NCBI GenBank assembly: GCA_965221385.1
Contig: OZ244885.1
Span: 2,786,405 to 2,850,404, forward strand
Source: Dehalococcoidia bacterium
GTDB lineage: Bacteria > Chloroflexota > Dehalococcoidia > Lucifugimonadales > UBA3495
Reading direction: 5' to 3'
Length of the DNA: 64,000 bases
In this document: in pieces, positions 19,352 to 29,664 of the stretch
Layout: the number at the start of each line of letters is the position of its first letter
Position numbering within the stretch: position 1 is the first letter of the stretch
Notes under the pieces: generated by a model
Seen by the model: only the letters and a program-made list of their open reading frames with translations
The model's database searches: none
Told to the model about the DNA's origin: nothing
Program-made: the position numbers and the translations under genes

Positions 19352-20212
19352 ATGCCCCTCCTTCGCGAAGCCGTCCAGCAGACCCACCGGACTCTGGAAG
19401 CCAGCCACATCCCCGATGCTCGCCTGGAAGCCGAGGTCATGTTGATGAACGTGATGCGGATGCAGCGTCACGATCTCTTCTCCCAGCAGGAAACTGAACT
19501 ATCCCCCCAGCAGGAACAGGCCCTGGCCCAGATAATGGAGCGTCGCCTCCTGCGGGAGCCGCTGGCCTACATTCTCCAGTACAAGGAGTTCTACGGCATC
19601 AATCTCCTCGTCAACCCGGACGTTCTGATTCCCAGGCCGGAAACGGAGTGTATGGTAGAACATGCCCTCTTCATGGCCCTGATGGGGATGGAAACGCCGG
19701 AACTGGTGGTGGCGGATGTGGGCACTGGGACGGGGGCCATTGCCATCAACCTGGCGATTCACCTGCCGGCGGCTCGCATCTTTGCCGTGGACTGTGAGGA
19801 TGGGGTACTGGACGTGGCCGCCTACAATATCCGCGCGCACAACGTGGTTGACCGGGTGCACCTGGGCAAGGGCGATCTGCTGGAGCCGGTACCAGAGCCG
19901 GTGGATCTAATCCTGGCCAACCTGCCCTACATTCCTACCGACAGGCTGCCCATCCTTCAGCCGGAGGTCCGGCGGGAACCCCAATTGGCCTTGGACGGGG
20001 GGCCCCAGGGTCTGGACCTGATTCAGCGTCTGCTGGAACAGGCTCCCGCCAAGCTGAAGGAGCATGGGGTTATCCTGCTGGAGTTGGACCCGGAACAGGT
20101 TCCGGCGGTGGAAGCCATGGCCCAGGCTGCTTTTCCCGGGGCGGAACTGTCGGTGGAAAAGGACTTGTCCCAGCGAGACCGCATCTTCGTCATCAACCGG
20201 GGAATGGCGTGA
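19352..20212 (+). CDS. prmC: Release factor glutamine methyltransferase
   Basis: EPLAYI, VLIPRPETE, DVGTGTG, NLPY and ALDGG. Confidence 0.94.
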   Translation: MPLLREAVQQTHRTLEASHIPDARLEAEVMLMNVMRMQRHDLFSQQETELSPQQEQALAQIMERRLLREPLAYILQYKEFYGINLLVNPDVLIPRPETECMVEHALFMALMGMETPELVVADVGTGTGAIAINLAIHLPAARIFAVDCEDGVLDVAAYNIRAHNVVDRVHLGKGDLLEPVPEPVDLILANLPYIPTDRLPILQPEVRREPQLALDGGPQGLDLIQRLLEQAPAKLKEHGVILLELDPEQVPAVEAMAQAAFPGAELSVEKDLSQRDRIFVINRGMA

Positions 20213-20312
20213 TGCTGACCATCAACCCAAGGCCGCCCACTCTGCCTGGCATTCCTCGGTAGGGCGCCAACGGGTCACCTACCCTCAATCCCTCTTCCAA
20301 AGCCGTTCGGGG

Positions 20313-21800
20313 TTAATCCGGCCACTGCATTTCCAGTGTGGCGACTTCCCAGGTCTCCATGTCAACCAGGCGGATGACATGGTTGTTGGTGTCGGCCACG
20401 TATAGCGTGGCGCCGGCAATGCTCAGGCCCCCAGGTTCGGAGAAAGTTGCCTCGGCCTTGCCACCGTCGGTGTAGCCGGCCGTACCGGTACCGACCATGG
20501 TCCTAGCGGTGCGCTGAACTGGGTGGATCAGCTTTATCCTGTGGTTGTAGGTATCGGCCACGTACAGGTTCCCGTCTCTCATGGCGACACCCAGAGGATG
20601 CTGAAGCCGGACCAGGTGTCCCTCCCCATCCCGGTCTCCAAACTCGAACAGGCCAAGGCCCACAATGGTGCGAACCCGTCCGGACGGGTCCAGTTCCGCC
20701 GACCTTATCGCGCTGGTCTCGCTGTCAGCGAAGTAGAGACGGTTGCCGTCGGTGGTTATGCCGCTGGGTTGCGCCAGGGTCGCGGTCAACAGTGGGCCGT
20801 CGCTGATGGACTCCGCCCCCGTGCCGGCGTAGGGGCCCACAGTCTCCGCCAACAGGTCCAATACCCAAAGCTGGTGGCTGCCAGCCATGGCGATGTAAAG
20901 CCTGTCGTCGTGGCAGACCAGGTCCCAGGGCGAATTCAGTTCAACGTCCAGCGCCGGCCCGTGACCCTCTCGCCTCCGTCCCTGTCGGCCATTGCCGGCA
21001 ATGGTGGTTACGGTCCTCGCCGCCAGGTCCACCCGGCGCAGGGCATGGTTCTCAGTATCGGCAACGTAGAGAGAGTCGCCACCAATGGTCAGTCCCTGGG
21101 GATGGTTGAACTGGGCCGAACCATAACTGCCATCGACCAAACCCTCTTCCCCGGAGCCAACAACCTCCAGCACATGCCCGTCCAGGGACGAAACAACGAT
21201 GCGGTTATGGTTGGTGTCAGCTATGAAGAGGCGGTTGCTGTTCTCGTCGGCCAAAACCTTGCCCGGGAAGGAAAGGGGCGAATCCGGCTCCAACTGCCGG
21301 TCAAAGGCCATGGGCCGGCGGTTAAGGATCCCCGCGCTGTCGAACTCCGCCACCATTTCGCCCAGCAGCCGGTCCAAGTCCTCGAAGGCTATTTCCCCTT
21401 CGTGCTTGCCGATAACCTTGCCCTGGGGGTCGATGAACATCATCGTTGGCCACGCCCGGCAGGCATATTCCTGCCAAACGCGAAAGTCGGCGTCGTTGAC
21501 CACCGGGTGCTGCAGTTCACACCGTTTTACGGCCTTGTAGAGGTTCTCCTGCTCCTGCTCGTTGGGGAACTTGGCCGAGTGAACCCCAATCACCACCAGT
21601 TCGTTAGCGTATTTCTGCTCCAGCTTCCGCAACTGCGGAAAGATGTGCATGCAATTGATTCAACAGTAGGTCCAGAAGTCCAGAAGGACGATCTTGCCCC
21701 GCAGTTCGGCCAGGGTCAACGGACGGTCTGAATTGACCCACTCCATGCCCTGGGGAAACTCCGGAGCGTTGACCTTTCCTGCGTAGGACTGACTGGCCAT
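20313..21800 (-). CDS. Thioredoxin-like + NHL-repeat protein (NHLRC2-like), probable selenoprotein (UGA=Sec at codon 47)
   Basis: From ATG 21800 (GGAGAGG RBS) the frame reads [15 protein letters not shown]...[23 protein letters not shown], in frame with ORF 20313..21650. The family motif is DFWTYCCINC. Confidence 0.85.
21624..21641 (-). other. Putative bacterial SECIS hairpin
   Basis: Minus strand TTTCCGC-AGTT-GCGGAAG; loop begins 25 nt after the in-frame UGA, with G at loop position 2. Confidence 0.7.
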
Positions 21801-21847
21801 TGCCACCTCTCCGTTGCTGCGAAAGCTGGAACCCGGTCATTTCCCGG

Positions 21848-22369
21848 CTAACGGGGCGCTTCTTCGAAGGCCAGCGTTGCGTGCCGGAAGAAGATTGCCC
21901 CCACCGGGTCTCCCAGGGGAGCGTTGCCCACCAGCACGGCAACCACGTGGCGCTTGCCGGGTTCGGCGGAATCGGTCAGAACCACCCGCTTGGGGGTGTT
22001 GTTGCCCGTTATGACGCCAATGTTGCGGTCGATGGCGCCGTCCACATAGACCTCGCCGTAGTTGTCCACGTTGCACTCAAAGAAGACCCGATTGCCGGCG
22101 ACGGCCTGCCCCTTGACGGATTCGGGCATGGTGAAGGCCAGACGGTACCAGGCAAAGGTAAACCCCACGGAAAGGCGCTCCTGAATTGTGGCGGGCTGTT
22201 CCCAGTCCGAATCTTCATACTCAGGCAGGCGGGCCGCAACCCCCCGCATTTCGGCCACCAGGCCCTGGTTGGGTTCTCCGGGCACCATGCCCATGGCCCG
22301 CCGCCACCCGGTGGCGCCCACCACTGCCAGGTCAGCCTTGTCGTCCAGGTCAAGAGAAACTCTTGCCAT
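21848..22369 (-). CDS. Hypothetical protein, stand-alone galactose-binding-like (GH2/GH38 N-terminal-like) beta-sandwich
   Basis: EDSDW, AWYRLAFTMP and VDNYGEVYVDG patterns; AAGGAGGT RBS. Confidence 0.7.
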   Translation of the reverse strand: MARVSLDLDDKADLAVVGATGWRRAMGMVPGEPNQGLVAEMRGVAARLPEYEDSDWEQPATIQERLSVGFTFAWYRLAFTMPESVKGQAVAGNRVFFECNVDNYGEVYVDGAIDRNIGVITGNNTPKRVVLTDSAEPGKRHVVAVLVGNAPLGDPVGAIFFRHATLAFEEAPR

Positions 22370-22467
22370 AACTTTTACCTCCTTAAGCTTTAGAGGCCAG
22401 CCCTACGCGGCCCCAATCCATCTAATCTTGTAACTTTGCTCTTACCCTACGGAGCCGGGCGTCCGGA

Positions 22468-23184
22468 TTACGCGCCCAAGTGGGTCGCGAAGAAATCCAG
22501 GGTGCGCGGCCAGGATGCTTCCGATGCCTCCCGTTGGTAACGACCGGCGGTGAAGTCCATGAAGGCATGGTCGGCGCCGGGGTAGGTGTAGAACTGGTGC
22601 GGCTTGCCCAACCGGGTCAGTTCCTGGTCGAACTTCCGCATGTCATCCTGGGAAGGATTCTCGTCCACCTCCCCAAAGTGGAACAGGATCGGGCAGTTGA
22701 TGTTATCGGCCAGCTCGTAGGGTGGAACCTCCCCGGCTCCCCAGGTTACCATAAGGTTGCCGCCGTAGTAGGGAGCCAGCGCCTTGATGTGCGGATTGGT
22801 GGCGGCGCCTAGCCAGGCCACCCGGCCGCCCATGCAAAATCCGGTAATGCCAATTTTGTCGCCGTCTATGGCCGGATGCCCTCGCAGGAAATCCACGGTG
22901 GCATTGATGTCGGCCACGATGTCCGGGTCGCTCAGTATGTCCCAGGGACGGGGGCGAGGCTCGGCGTTTCGGACCTCGTCCGGCACCCGGTGATAGAGGT
23001 TCGGAGCAACGGCGGCATAGCCCGCTTCTGCAAACCGGTCGCAAATGGTTTGGATGAACTGGTCCACCCCGCCCCCATGCTGGCCGACTATGATAGCGCT
23101 GAAGGGGCCGGAGCCACTGGGGACGCTGGCGTAGGTGTCCATGTTCTGCCCATCAACGGAAATATTCTCCCAAAAAGATGGCAT
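22468..23184 (-). CDS. Dienelactone hydrolase family protein
   Basis: GFCMGG nucleophile motif, GEVD and YPGADHAF. Confidence 0.9.
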   Translation of the reverse strand: MPSFWENISVDGQNMDTYASVPSGSGPFSAIIVGQHGGGVDQFIQTICDRFAEAGYAAVAPNLYHRVPDEVRNAEPRPRPWDILSDPDIVADINATVDFLRGHPAIDGDKIGITGFCMGGRVAWLGAATNPHIKALAPYYGGNLMVTWGAGEVPPYELADNINCPILFHFGEVDENPSQDDMRKFDQELTRLGKPHQFYTYPGADHAFMDFTAGRYQREASEASWPRTLDFFATHLGA

Positions 23185-23263
23185 ATTGTTACCTCCCAAC
23201 GGATCGCTTCAACACCTCGGTTCCATCTGGGGCTTTGTTCTAATGCCTCGTTCGATGGGCCTC

Positions 23264-24598
23264 CTACAGCAGGCCCTCGGCCCGAACTTCGGCCAGGGAC
23301 TTTTCCACGGCGGCCAGGGTCTTGTCAATCTCCACTTCCGTGTGGGTCGCGGAAACCAGGAAGGCGTCCCTGCCCATGATGTCAACGCCATTGTTCTGCA
23401 GGCTGCGCTTCAGGGCCGTGACGGAAGGCGATGCTGTTGCCCGCTTAATTTCCTGGTGGGACATGGTGCAGATTTCCCGGTCGCAGTCGCAATCGGCCAG
23501 GACCAGGTGAATCATGGATGCCACGCCATGAGCATGGCCGTCCACTTCCATTTTGCCCAGCACTTCGTTCAGGCCCTGCTTGAGCCGACGGGCCATGGCG
23601 TCCGCCTGCTGGTTTATCGGCTCGCTGGCGATCATTTCCAGGCACACCGCGCCGGCAACCGCCGATAGCGGGTTGCCATTGAAGGTGCCGGGGTGGTACA
23701 CGCGCCGCTGGTTGTCCCATTCCGGGTCGCCCCGGTGGGCAATCATGTCCACAATTTCCGCCTTTCCGCCAACGGCGCCGCCGGGCAGGGCCCCGGCAAC
23801 AATCTTGGCCATGGTGGTTAAATCGGGGGTCACGTCGTACAGAACCTGGGCGCCGCCGGCGGAGGCGCGAAAGCCGGTTACCACCTCGTCGAAAATGAGG
23901 ACTACCCCGTGCTGCGTGGTCAATTCCCTCAGTCCCTTCAGGTAGTTGGGAGTATCGAAGGGGAGCTGACCGTAATGGGCGCCGGTGGGTTCCAGGATAA
24001 GCGCGGCGATGTCGTCATCTCTTTGCAGCACATCCTCCACCGCTCCCAGGTCCCCCGATGGAACGATGACCATGCTGCCCCAGCTTTCCTGGGGTATGCC
24101 CGGCGCCGGCCGGTCGGAACCGGCCATGGCGTAATCGTGCCAACCGTGGAAATGGTCCTGCAGCTTGATGACCTTGTTCCTGCCGGTGTAGGCCCGGGCC
24201 AGGCGCATGGCCATCAACGTGGCCTCGGTGCCGGAACTATGGAATCGCACCCTTTCGATGGAGGGCATCAGGGCCATGATGGCCTTGGCCCACCGCAACT
24301 CCTCCTCCGTGCAGGCGCCAAGGTGGGTGCCCCATTTGATCTGCTCGGAAACGGCGGCGGCGATGGCCGGGTGGGAGTGGCCCAGGATCAGGGCGCCGTG
24401 GCCGGAAACATAGTCAATGTACTCATGGCCGTCCACGTCCCATTTGAGGGGGCCGGTACCATGGGTGATGTACAGGGGAAAGGGTTCGGCGTAGCGGTTG
24501 TCGTGGGTCACCCCGCCCGGGAAAATTCCCGTAGCCTCCGCATAACGTTGGGCCGACCCGGCATGCCTTGCAATATACTCTTCCAGAATGGTGGCCAT
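23264..24598 (-). CDS. Class III aminotransferase, glutamate-1-semialdehyde aminomutase-like paralog
   Basis: PGGV, SSGTEAT, FDEVVTGFR, TMAKIVAG and GTFNGNP. Confidence 0.85.
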   Translation of the reverse strand: MATILEEYIARHAGSAQRYAEATGIFPGGVTHDNRYAEPFPLYITHGTGPLKWDVDGHEYIDYVSGHGALILGHSHPAIAAAVSEQIKWGTHLGACTEEELRWAKAIMALMPSIERVRFHSSGTEATLMAMRLARAYTGRNKVIKLQDHFHGWHDYAMAGSDRPAPGIPQESWGSMVIVPSGDLGAVEDVLQRDDDIAALILEPTGAHYGQLPFDTPNYLKGLRELTTQHGVVLIFDEVVTGFRASAGGAQVLYDVTPDLTTMAKIVAGALPGGAVGGKAEIVDMIAHRGDPEWDNQRRVYHPGTFNGNPLSAVAGAVCLEMIASEPINQQADAMARRLKQGLNEVLGKMEVDGHAHGVASMIHLVLADCDCDREICTMSHQEIKRATASPSVTALKRSLQNNGVDIMGRDAFLVSATHTEVEIDKTLAAVEKSLAEVRAEGLL

Positions 24599-24680
24599 GG
24601 TGACACTCCTAGGACACAGAGCTGATTGGGCTATGATATACCATCGGCCGGTGTAAGGCTATGACGGCGAATTCGGGCAG

Positions 24681-26024
24681 CTAAGCGGCGACCCGTTGTT
24701 CCGGTTCTTCCGCCACGGTGAGTTGGGGCGGTCGCTTGATGGCCAGGAATGAGATGCTGGCTATTGCCGCGCAAACCGCCGCAGGTATCAACGCCCAGTC
24801 GTAGTTGCCGAAATGGTCGAACACCCAGCCAACGTAAACGGGAGAAGCCACCAGCGCCCAACTGTGGGAAAAGGTAATGTACCCCCGCAGGGTGGCGAAC
24901 CGGTCCCGACCAAAGTAGTCACCCAGGGCGGCCCAAACGATGATTCCAGCCCCGTCGCCGAATCCCTCCAGAGCCACGAAGGCCAGTATCAGGCCCACCC
25001 CGATTACGCCCGCATCCCAGTCGCCGAAGTACAGGAAGCAGAGGGCTACCGCCTCGGCGGCCAGGGTCGCGGCCAGGATCATGGACTTGGACCATTGGTC
25101 GCCAAAGTAGCCCAGCGCCAACCGGGACAGGAAATTGATGCCGAACATCAGCCCCGTCAAATTGGCTGCCATCTGCCGGCTAACGCCCTTGTCCTCCAGG
25201 ATGGGGATAATGCTGACGAGGATGCCCAGGGTGGCAATCATGCGCAGGCCGGCGCCCAGCATCAGCAGCCAGTAGGCCTGGGTTCTTATGGCCTCCCTGA
25301 CCGTGTAGTCCCGCAGGATTCGGCGGCGTCCGCCGCCCCGGGCTGCTGCCGAGGGCGGGGCGCTGTCCCCGTCGGGCAGCAATCCCATATCCTCCGGCTT
25401 GTCCCGAAAGAAGAAGCACAGGGGGAATAGGAAGACCAGGTAGGCCACGCCGGCCAACAGGGAAGCGGTTTCCCAGCCCCACCGCTCAATCACGCCGTTC
25501 ATCGAAGGAACAATGAAGAGTCCGCCGAGGGATGATACGGCGGCCAAAATTGAAATGGCCAGAGAACGGCGGCGCCGGAACCATTGGTTGATGCCGGCAA
25601 ACATGGCGTGCTGGAAGGCAATGCTGTTGCCCAGGGATACCATTAGCAGGTAAACCAGGGCAAAGCTCCAGAACCCGTCCACGAACTGGGAGAGGGCAAA
25701 GTAACCGGTCACCGCCAGCAACACGGTGGGAATCAACAGGTTGCGGTTGCCGAACTTATCAATCAACCAGCCGGCGAAGGGCCCTTCCAAACCGCCTTCG
25801 GCCCGGGCCAGGGAAAAGATGAGATTGGTCTGGGCCTGGCTAATTCCCAGGGAGTCCCGCATCGCCGGAACGAACACCGTGAATCCCCGGAAAAAGATGC
25901 CACTGGCGAAGAAGGCCATCCACGAGGTGATGGCAACCATCCACCAACCGTAGAAGACGCGCGGGCGCCCCGCCCGGGTGGGACCTTCCTGGGAAGTACC
26001 GGTGTGAGAAGAGGGTTGCTGCAA
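24681..26024 (-). CDS. MFS transporter (OFA/MCT-like)
   Basis: FYGWW, GWLIDKFGNR, WFRRRR and DKPEDMGLLPDG. Confidence 0.88.
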   Translation of the reverse strand: MQQPSSHTGTSQEGPTRAGRPRVFYGWWMVAITSWMAFFASGIFFRGFTVFVPAMRDSLGISQAQTNLIFSLARAEGGLEGPFAGWLIDKFGNRNLLIPTVLLAVTGYFALSQFVDGFWSFALVYLLMVSLGNSIAFQHAMFAGINQWFRRRRSLAISILAAVSSLGGLFIVPSMNGVIERWGWETASLLAGVAYLVFLFPLCFFFRDKPEDMGLLPDGDSAPPSAAARGGGRRRILRDYTVREAIRTQAYWLLMLGAGLRMIATLGILVSIIPILEDKGVSRQMAANLTGLMFGINFLSRLALGYFGDQWSKSMILAATLAAEAVALCFLYFGDWDAGVIGVGLILAFVALEGFGDGAGIIVWAALGDYFGRDRFATLRGYITFSHSWALVASPVYVGWVFDHFGNYDWALIPAAVCAAIASISFLAIKRPPQLTVAEEPEQRVAA

Positions 26025-26269
26025 AGGGGATTGCCTCTGGCGAAGATTCTTGCTGGCGACAAAACACCCGCCAGTACGAGCAATCCTCCATTGGATGACC
26101 GCACAAGTGTGATACTAAAGGCGGGACAATATCGAAGGGTTTGGTGCTAGTCTAATGGCAGCAGCCCGATTCGGCAACGCCCCCACGGCAGGGTTCGGTT
26201 CCGGTAGGCCGGCCCTTCGCTCCTTGGGCCAATCGGAGCGCGGAAGAAGATGCTACTGACACTTGCCGC

Positions 26270-26298
26270 TTGGACGCCGCGCAGGAAAGGGCTACAAT
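26270..26298 (+). promoter_or_regulatory. Putative dinB promoter
   Basis: TTGGAC-17-TACAAT. Confidence 0.5.
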
Positions 26299-26363
26299 TG
26301 GTGCAATAGGTTGGGACAGCGCCGGGGATTGGGTAACGCTGTCGCCAAGGGACGGTCCGGTCC

Positions 26364-27449
26364 ATGCGTCACATAATGCACGCCGACCTGGATGCCTTCT
26401 ACGCAGCCGTGGAACAGATGGATAATCCCGAGTTGCGGGGCAAACCCGTGCTGGTGGGCGGCAGCCCCACCGGCAGAGGCGTAGTCGCCACCGCCTCCTA
26501 CGAAGCCCGAGCCTTTGGCGTCCACTCCGCCATGCCCATGGCCACGGCGGTGCGCCTTTGCCCAACGGGGATCGTCGTTCCGCCCCGCTTCGAACGCTAC
26601 CGGGACATGTCCCGCCGGGTTATGGATATTTTCCTTGACCTGACCGACCTGGTGGAACCTCTCTCCCTCGATGAAGCCTACCTGGACGTAACTGCCAGGG
26701 TTGAGGAAGGCACACCGCCCCTGGGCGTGGCCATTGACCTGAAGCGCCGAGTGTTAGGTGAGACGGGGTTAAACATCTCCATCGGCGTTGGGGTCAGCAA
26801 ATCGGTGGCCAAGATCGCCTCGGACCTGGAGAAGCCCGACGGACTGGTGGTGGTTGCGCCAGGAGAGGAACGGGAATTCCTCGCCCCGCTGGCCGTCGGA
26901 AAGCTATTTGGCATCGGCCCCAAGACTGCGGAGAAACTACAGCAGGAGGGAGTTTCAACTATTGGAGACCTGGCTGCCCTTCCCTCGGAGTGGTTTACCC
27001 GGAAGTTTGGCAAGCGGGCTGCCGGAATTCAGGCCAAGGCCATTGGCCAGGATGACGAACCGGTTAAAACGGAGCGCAACCCCAAGTCGGTCAGTGCGGA
27101 GACCACCTTTGCCGTCGACCTGAGCGATCGGGAAGAACTGCGCCAGGCGTTGAGCAAGTTGTCCGCCAGTGTTGCCCGGCGCCTGGCGGGCAAGGAAGTT
27201 AGGGGCCGCACGGTTACCGTCAAACTCCGGCTTTCCAACTTCAAGACCCTGACCCGCCGCACCACCCTATCGAATCCTACGGCTGACGCGGGGGAGATAA
27301 TGGAAACCGGATGGCGGTTAATGTCGGAGGAACTGGCGCCGGGCCGCTCCTTCCGCCTGCTGGGCATTGGGGTTTCGGGGTTTGAAGACACGGAAGCCAG
27401 CGACCGGCCCAGGCAATTGCACCTTCCCCTGGGGGACGTGTTCGACTGA
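26364..27449 (+). CDS. dinB: DNA polymerase IV
   Basis: HADLDAFYAAVEQ, ASYEAR, SLDEAYLD and KPDG; C-terminal QLHL clamp-binding-like motif. Confidence 0.95.
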   Translation: MRHIMHADLDAFYAAVEQMDNPELRGKPVLVGGSPTGRGVVATASYEARAFGVHSAMPMATAVRLCPTGIVVPPRFERYRDMSRRVMDIFLDLTDLVEPLSLDEAYLDVTARVEEGTPPLGVAIDLKRRVLGETGLNISIGVGVSKSVAKIASDLEKPDGLVVVAPGEEREFLAPLAVGKLFGIGPKTAEKLQQEGVSTIGDLAALPSEWFTRKFGKRAAGIQAKAIGQDDEPVKTERNPKSVSAETTFAVDLSDREELRQALSKLSASVARRLAGKEVRGRTVTVKLRLSNFKTLTRRTTLSNPTADAGEIMETGWRLMSEELAPGRSFRLLGIGVSGFEDTEASDRPRQLHLPLGDVFD

Positions 27450-27451
27450 GG

Positions 27452-28210
27452 CTAGCGGAAAAGGTCCTTGTCCGGGTCGCGAATGAGGGCCTGGTTGCTG
27501 GCGTTTTCCAGGGTTTCGTAGGCGTAACCCCGGATGATAGCCACCGGTACCCCCAGTACCTTGCCGGTGACGAGTTCGGCAGTTGCCGCCAGTTCGTCAG
27601 CCACGTTTATGACCGTGGTGTACATCATGTTGCCGTGGGAATCCTCCTGGCCCACGTAGCTGAGCAGAGGGTTGATGCCGGCAACCCCGATGGCCACGTT
27701 GACGGCAGCGCTCCGCCAGGGCCGGCCAAAGGTATCGGAGATGATTACGGCCACGTCCGACCCCGTGCGTTCCCGTACCGCCTGGCGAATACCCCGAGCG
27801 GAGGCGTCGGGATCCACCGGAAGCAGGGCAACTGTTTCTTCGCCCGGAATGTTGGAGGCGTCGATGCCGGCGTTAGCGCAGTTGAAGCCGTGGTGGGTTT
27901 CACTGATGATGACGCCCCGGTCCATGCGCACGATGCGGCGACTTTCCCGCAGGATTAGCTCGGTGTGGCGTGGGTCGCGCCGGTGCCCCTCGGTAATTGC
28001 CACCGCCAGTGGCGAGGCTTCAATTCCCTCTATTGAGATTACGCGCCCCTCCGCCTTGGAAACTATCTTCTGGGTGACCACCAGCACGTCTCCCGATTCC
28101 ACCGGAGTGCCCTGGCCCCTGGCCCCATCCAGTATTTGAGCCGCCAGGTCATCACCCGGCTGGACTTCCGGCATTCCTTCAATTCCGATAACGCTGAATT
28201 GGGGCGGCAT
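27452..28210 (-). CDS. cofE: Coenzyme F420-0:L-glutamate ligase
   Basis: GDDLA, QKIVSKAEG, ANAGIDASN and SDTFGRPWR. Confidence 0.93.
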   Translation of the reverse strand: MPPQFSVIGIEGMPEVQPGDDLAAQILDGARGQGTPVESGDVLVVTQKIVSKAEGRVISIEGIEASPLAVAITEGHRRDPRHTELILRESRRIVRMDRGVIISETHHGFNCANAGIDASNIPGEETVALLPVDPDASARGIRQAVRERTGSDVAVIISDTFGRPWRSAAVNVAIGVAGINPLLSYVGQEDSHGNMMYTTVINVADELAATAELVTGKVLGVPVAIIRGYAYETLENASNQALIRDPDKDLFR

Positions 28211-28392
28211 GGTCGGCGCTCCTCGATTTGTTCTCTTGTGCCGGATTGTGGCGCTGAACTGTATTGGCGGTTCAAATCCAGTATAGCCCGTAGTAAGGCC
28301 CTATGCTACAATGCCGACACCCACCAACGCCGCCCATGCGACCCCGGTGGGCCTGTTGAATCACGATACATCACTGGCAAGGACGGCCGACG

Positions 28393-28977
28393 TTGACTTC
28401 ATCATCGTCTTCCTACCGGAAACGGGTCTATACCAAGTTCGGCGACAAGGGGGAAACCAGCCTGCTCTACGGCGGTCGGGTCTCGAAGAACGACCCCCAT
28501 ACCGAGGCCTACGGCATAACCGATGAGGCCGTTTCGGTGATGGGGCTGGCCCGATCCCTTTCGGAGGATCAAAAGGTCAAGGACATTCTCCGGGACTTGC
28601 AGAGGGAGCTCTTCACCATTGCCGCGGAATTGGCTACGGAGCCTGACAAGTACGAACTGTTTCAGCAGCATTTCGCCCCAGTGACGGCTGAGATGGTAGA
28701 GAATCTGGAGAACACCATCGACACCCTGGAAGAGGAATTCCAGATGCCAACGGTCTTCGTCCTGCCCGGCGGCTCTCCCGCGTCCTCCGCTATCGATATG
28801 TCCCGCACCTCAATTCGGACGGCGGAACGCCGGGTCGTGGCCCTGGCCGAGGCGGGGCGCCTCACCAACGAATTGATCATTCACTACCTGAACCGTCTGG
28901 GCGACCTGCTGTTCGTCCTCGCCAGGTACCAGGACCGGGACATTCCCATCGAACGGGCCACCGGGGAGCGCAGCTAG
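28393..28977 (+). CDS. pduO: Corrinoid adenosyltransferase, PduO type
   Basis: YTKFGDKGET, EAYG, LPGG, RTAERR and YLNRL. Confidence 0.88.
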   Translation: MTSSSSSYRKRVYTKFGDKGETSLLYGGRVSKNDPHTEAYGITDEAVSVMGLARSLSEDQKVKDILRDLQRELFTIAAELATEPDKYELFQQHFAPVTAEMVENLENTIDTLEEEFQMPTVFVLPGGSPASSAIDMSRTSIRTAERRVVALAEAGRLTNELIIHYLNRLGDLLFVLARYQDRDIPIERATGERS

Positions 28978-28978
28978 A

Positions 28979-29644
28979 TTGTCAGCCAACGGAAGCGAAG
29001 GATATGGGCGAAGGAAGGGTGGCCTGAAGGTTGTCGTGATTGACTACCAGTCGGGTAACCTGCGCAGCGTGGCCAAGGCCCTGGAGGCTGTGGGCGCAGC
29101 GCCCCTGGTAACGGAAGACCCTTCGGAATTGGAGGACGCCGACGCCGTGGTTTTGCCGGGGGTAGGCTCCGGGCCGGCGGCGATGCGGGCCCTCACCGCC
29201 AGGAAGCTGGTCGAACCCATCCGAAGTTACGTGCAGGAACAGCGGCCTTTCCTGGGAGTTTGCCTGGGCCTGCAATTGCTGCTGGAGATGACCGAAGAGG
29301 GTGATGCCCCCTGTCTCAACATCGTTCCGGGACGGGTCAGGCGTCTGCCATCGAGCTTGAAAGTGCCTCACATGGGCTGGAACAGCGTGGAATTTCGAGC
29401 CGAACACCCGGTGTTTCGGTCAATCCCCCCGTACAGCCATTTCTATTTCGTACACAGCTATTACGCCGACCCGGAAAATCCGGAGGTCATTGCCGGTTTG
29501 ACGGACTACGGCATCCCCTTCTGCAGCGCCTACGCCTCCGGTAACCTGGTGGCAACCCAGTTCCACCCGGAAAAGAGCGGCGCCGTGGGACTTCAGATCT
29601 ACCGTAACTTCCTGTCTTTTGCCCGCAGCGCCAAGGCCGGGTGA
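28979..29644 (+). CDS. hisH: Imidazole glycerol phosphate synthase glutamine amidotransferase subunit
   Basis: GNLRSV, LPGVG, GVCLGLQ, VPHMGWN, FYFVHSY and QFHPEKS. Confidence 0.95.
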   Translation: MSANGSEGYGRRKGGLKVVVIDYQSGNLRSVAKALEAVGAAPLVTEDPSELEDADAVVLPGVGSGPAAMRALTARKLVEPIRSYVQEQRPFLGVCLGLQLLLEMTEEGDAPCLNIVPGRVRRLPSSLKVPHMGWNSVEFRAEHPVFRSIPPYSHFYFVHSYYADPENPEVIAGLTDYGIPFCSAYASGNLVATQFHPEKSGAVGLQIYRNFLSFARSAKAG

Positions 29645-29664
29645 AGTTCGCCTCGGGACGGCCA

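Noticed and set aside
19915..19935. PrmC NLPY instead of NPPY read as inactivation
   Set aside because: NLPY is a recognised natural variant; all other motifs and the prfA linkage are intact.
26270..26363. LexA/SOS box at dinB
   Set aside because: No GAAC-N4-GTTC or CTGT-N8-ACAG seen; only a GACAGCG/CGCTGTC leader hairpin of unknown significance.
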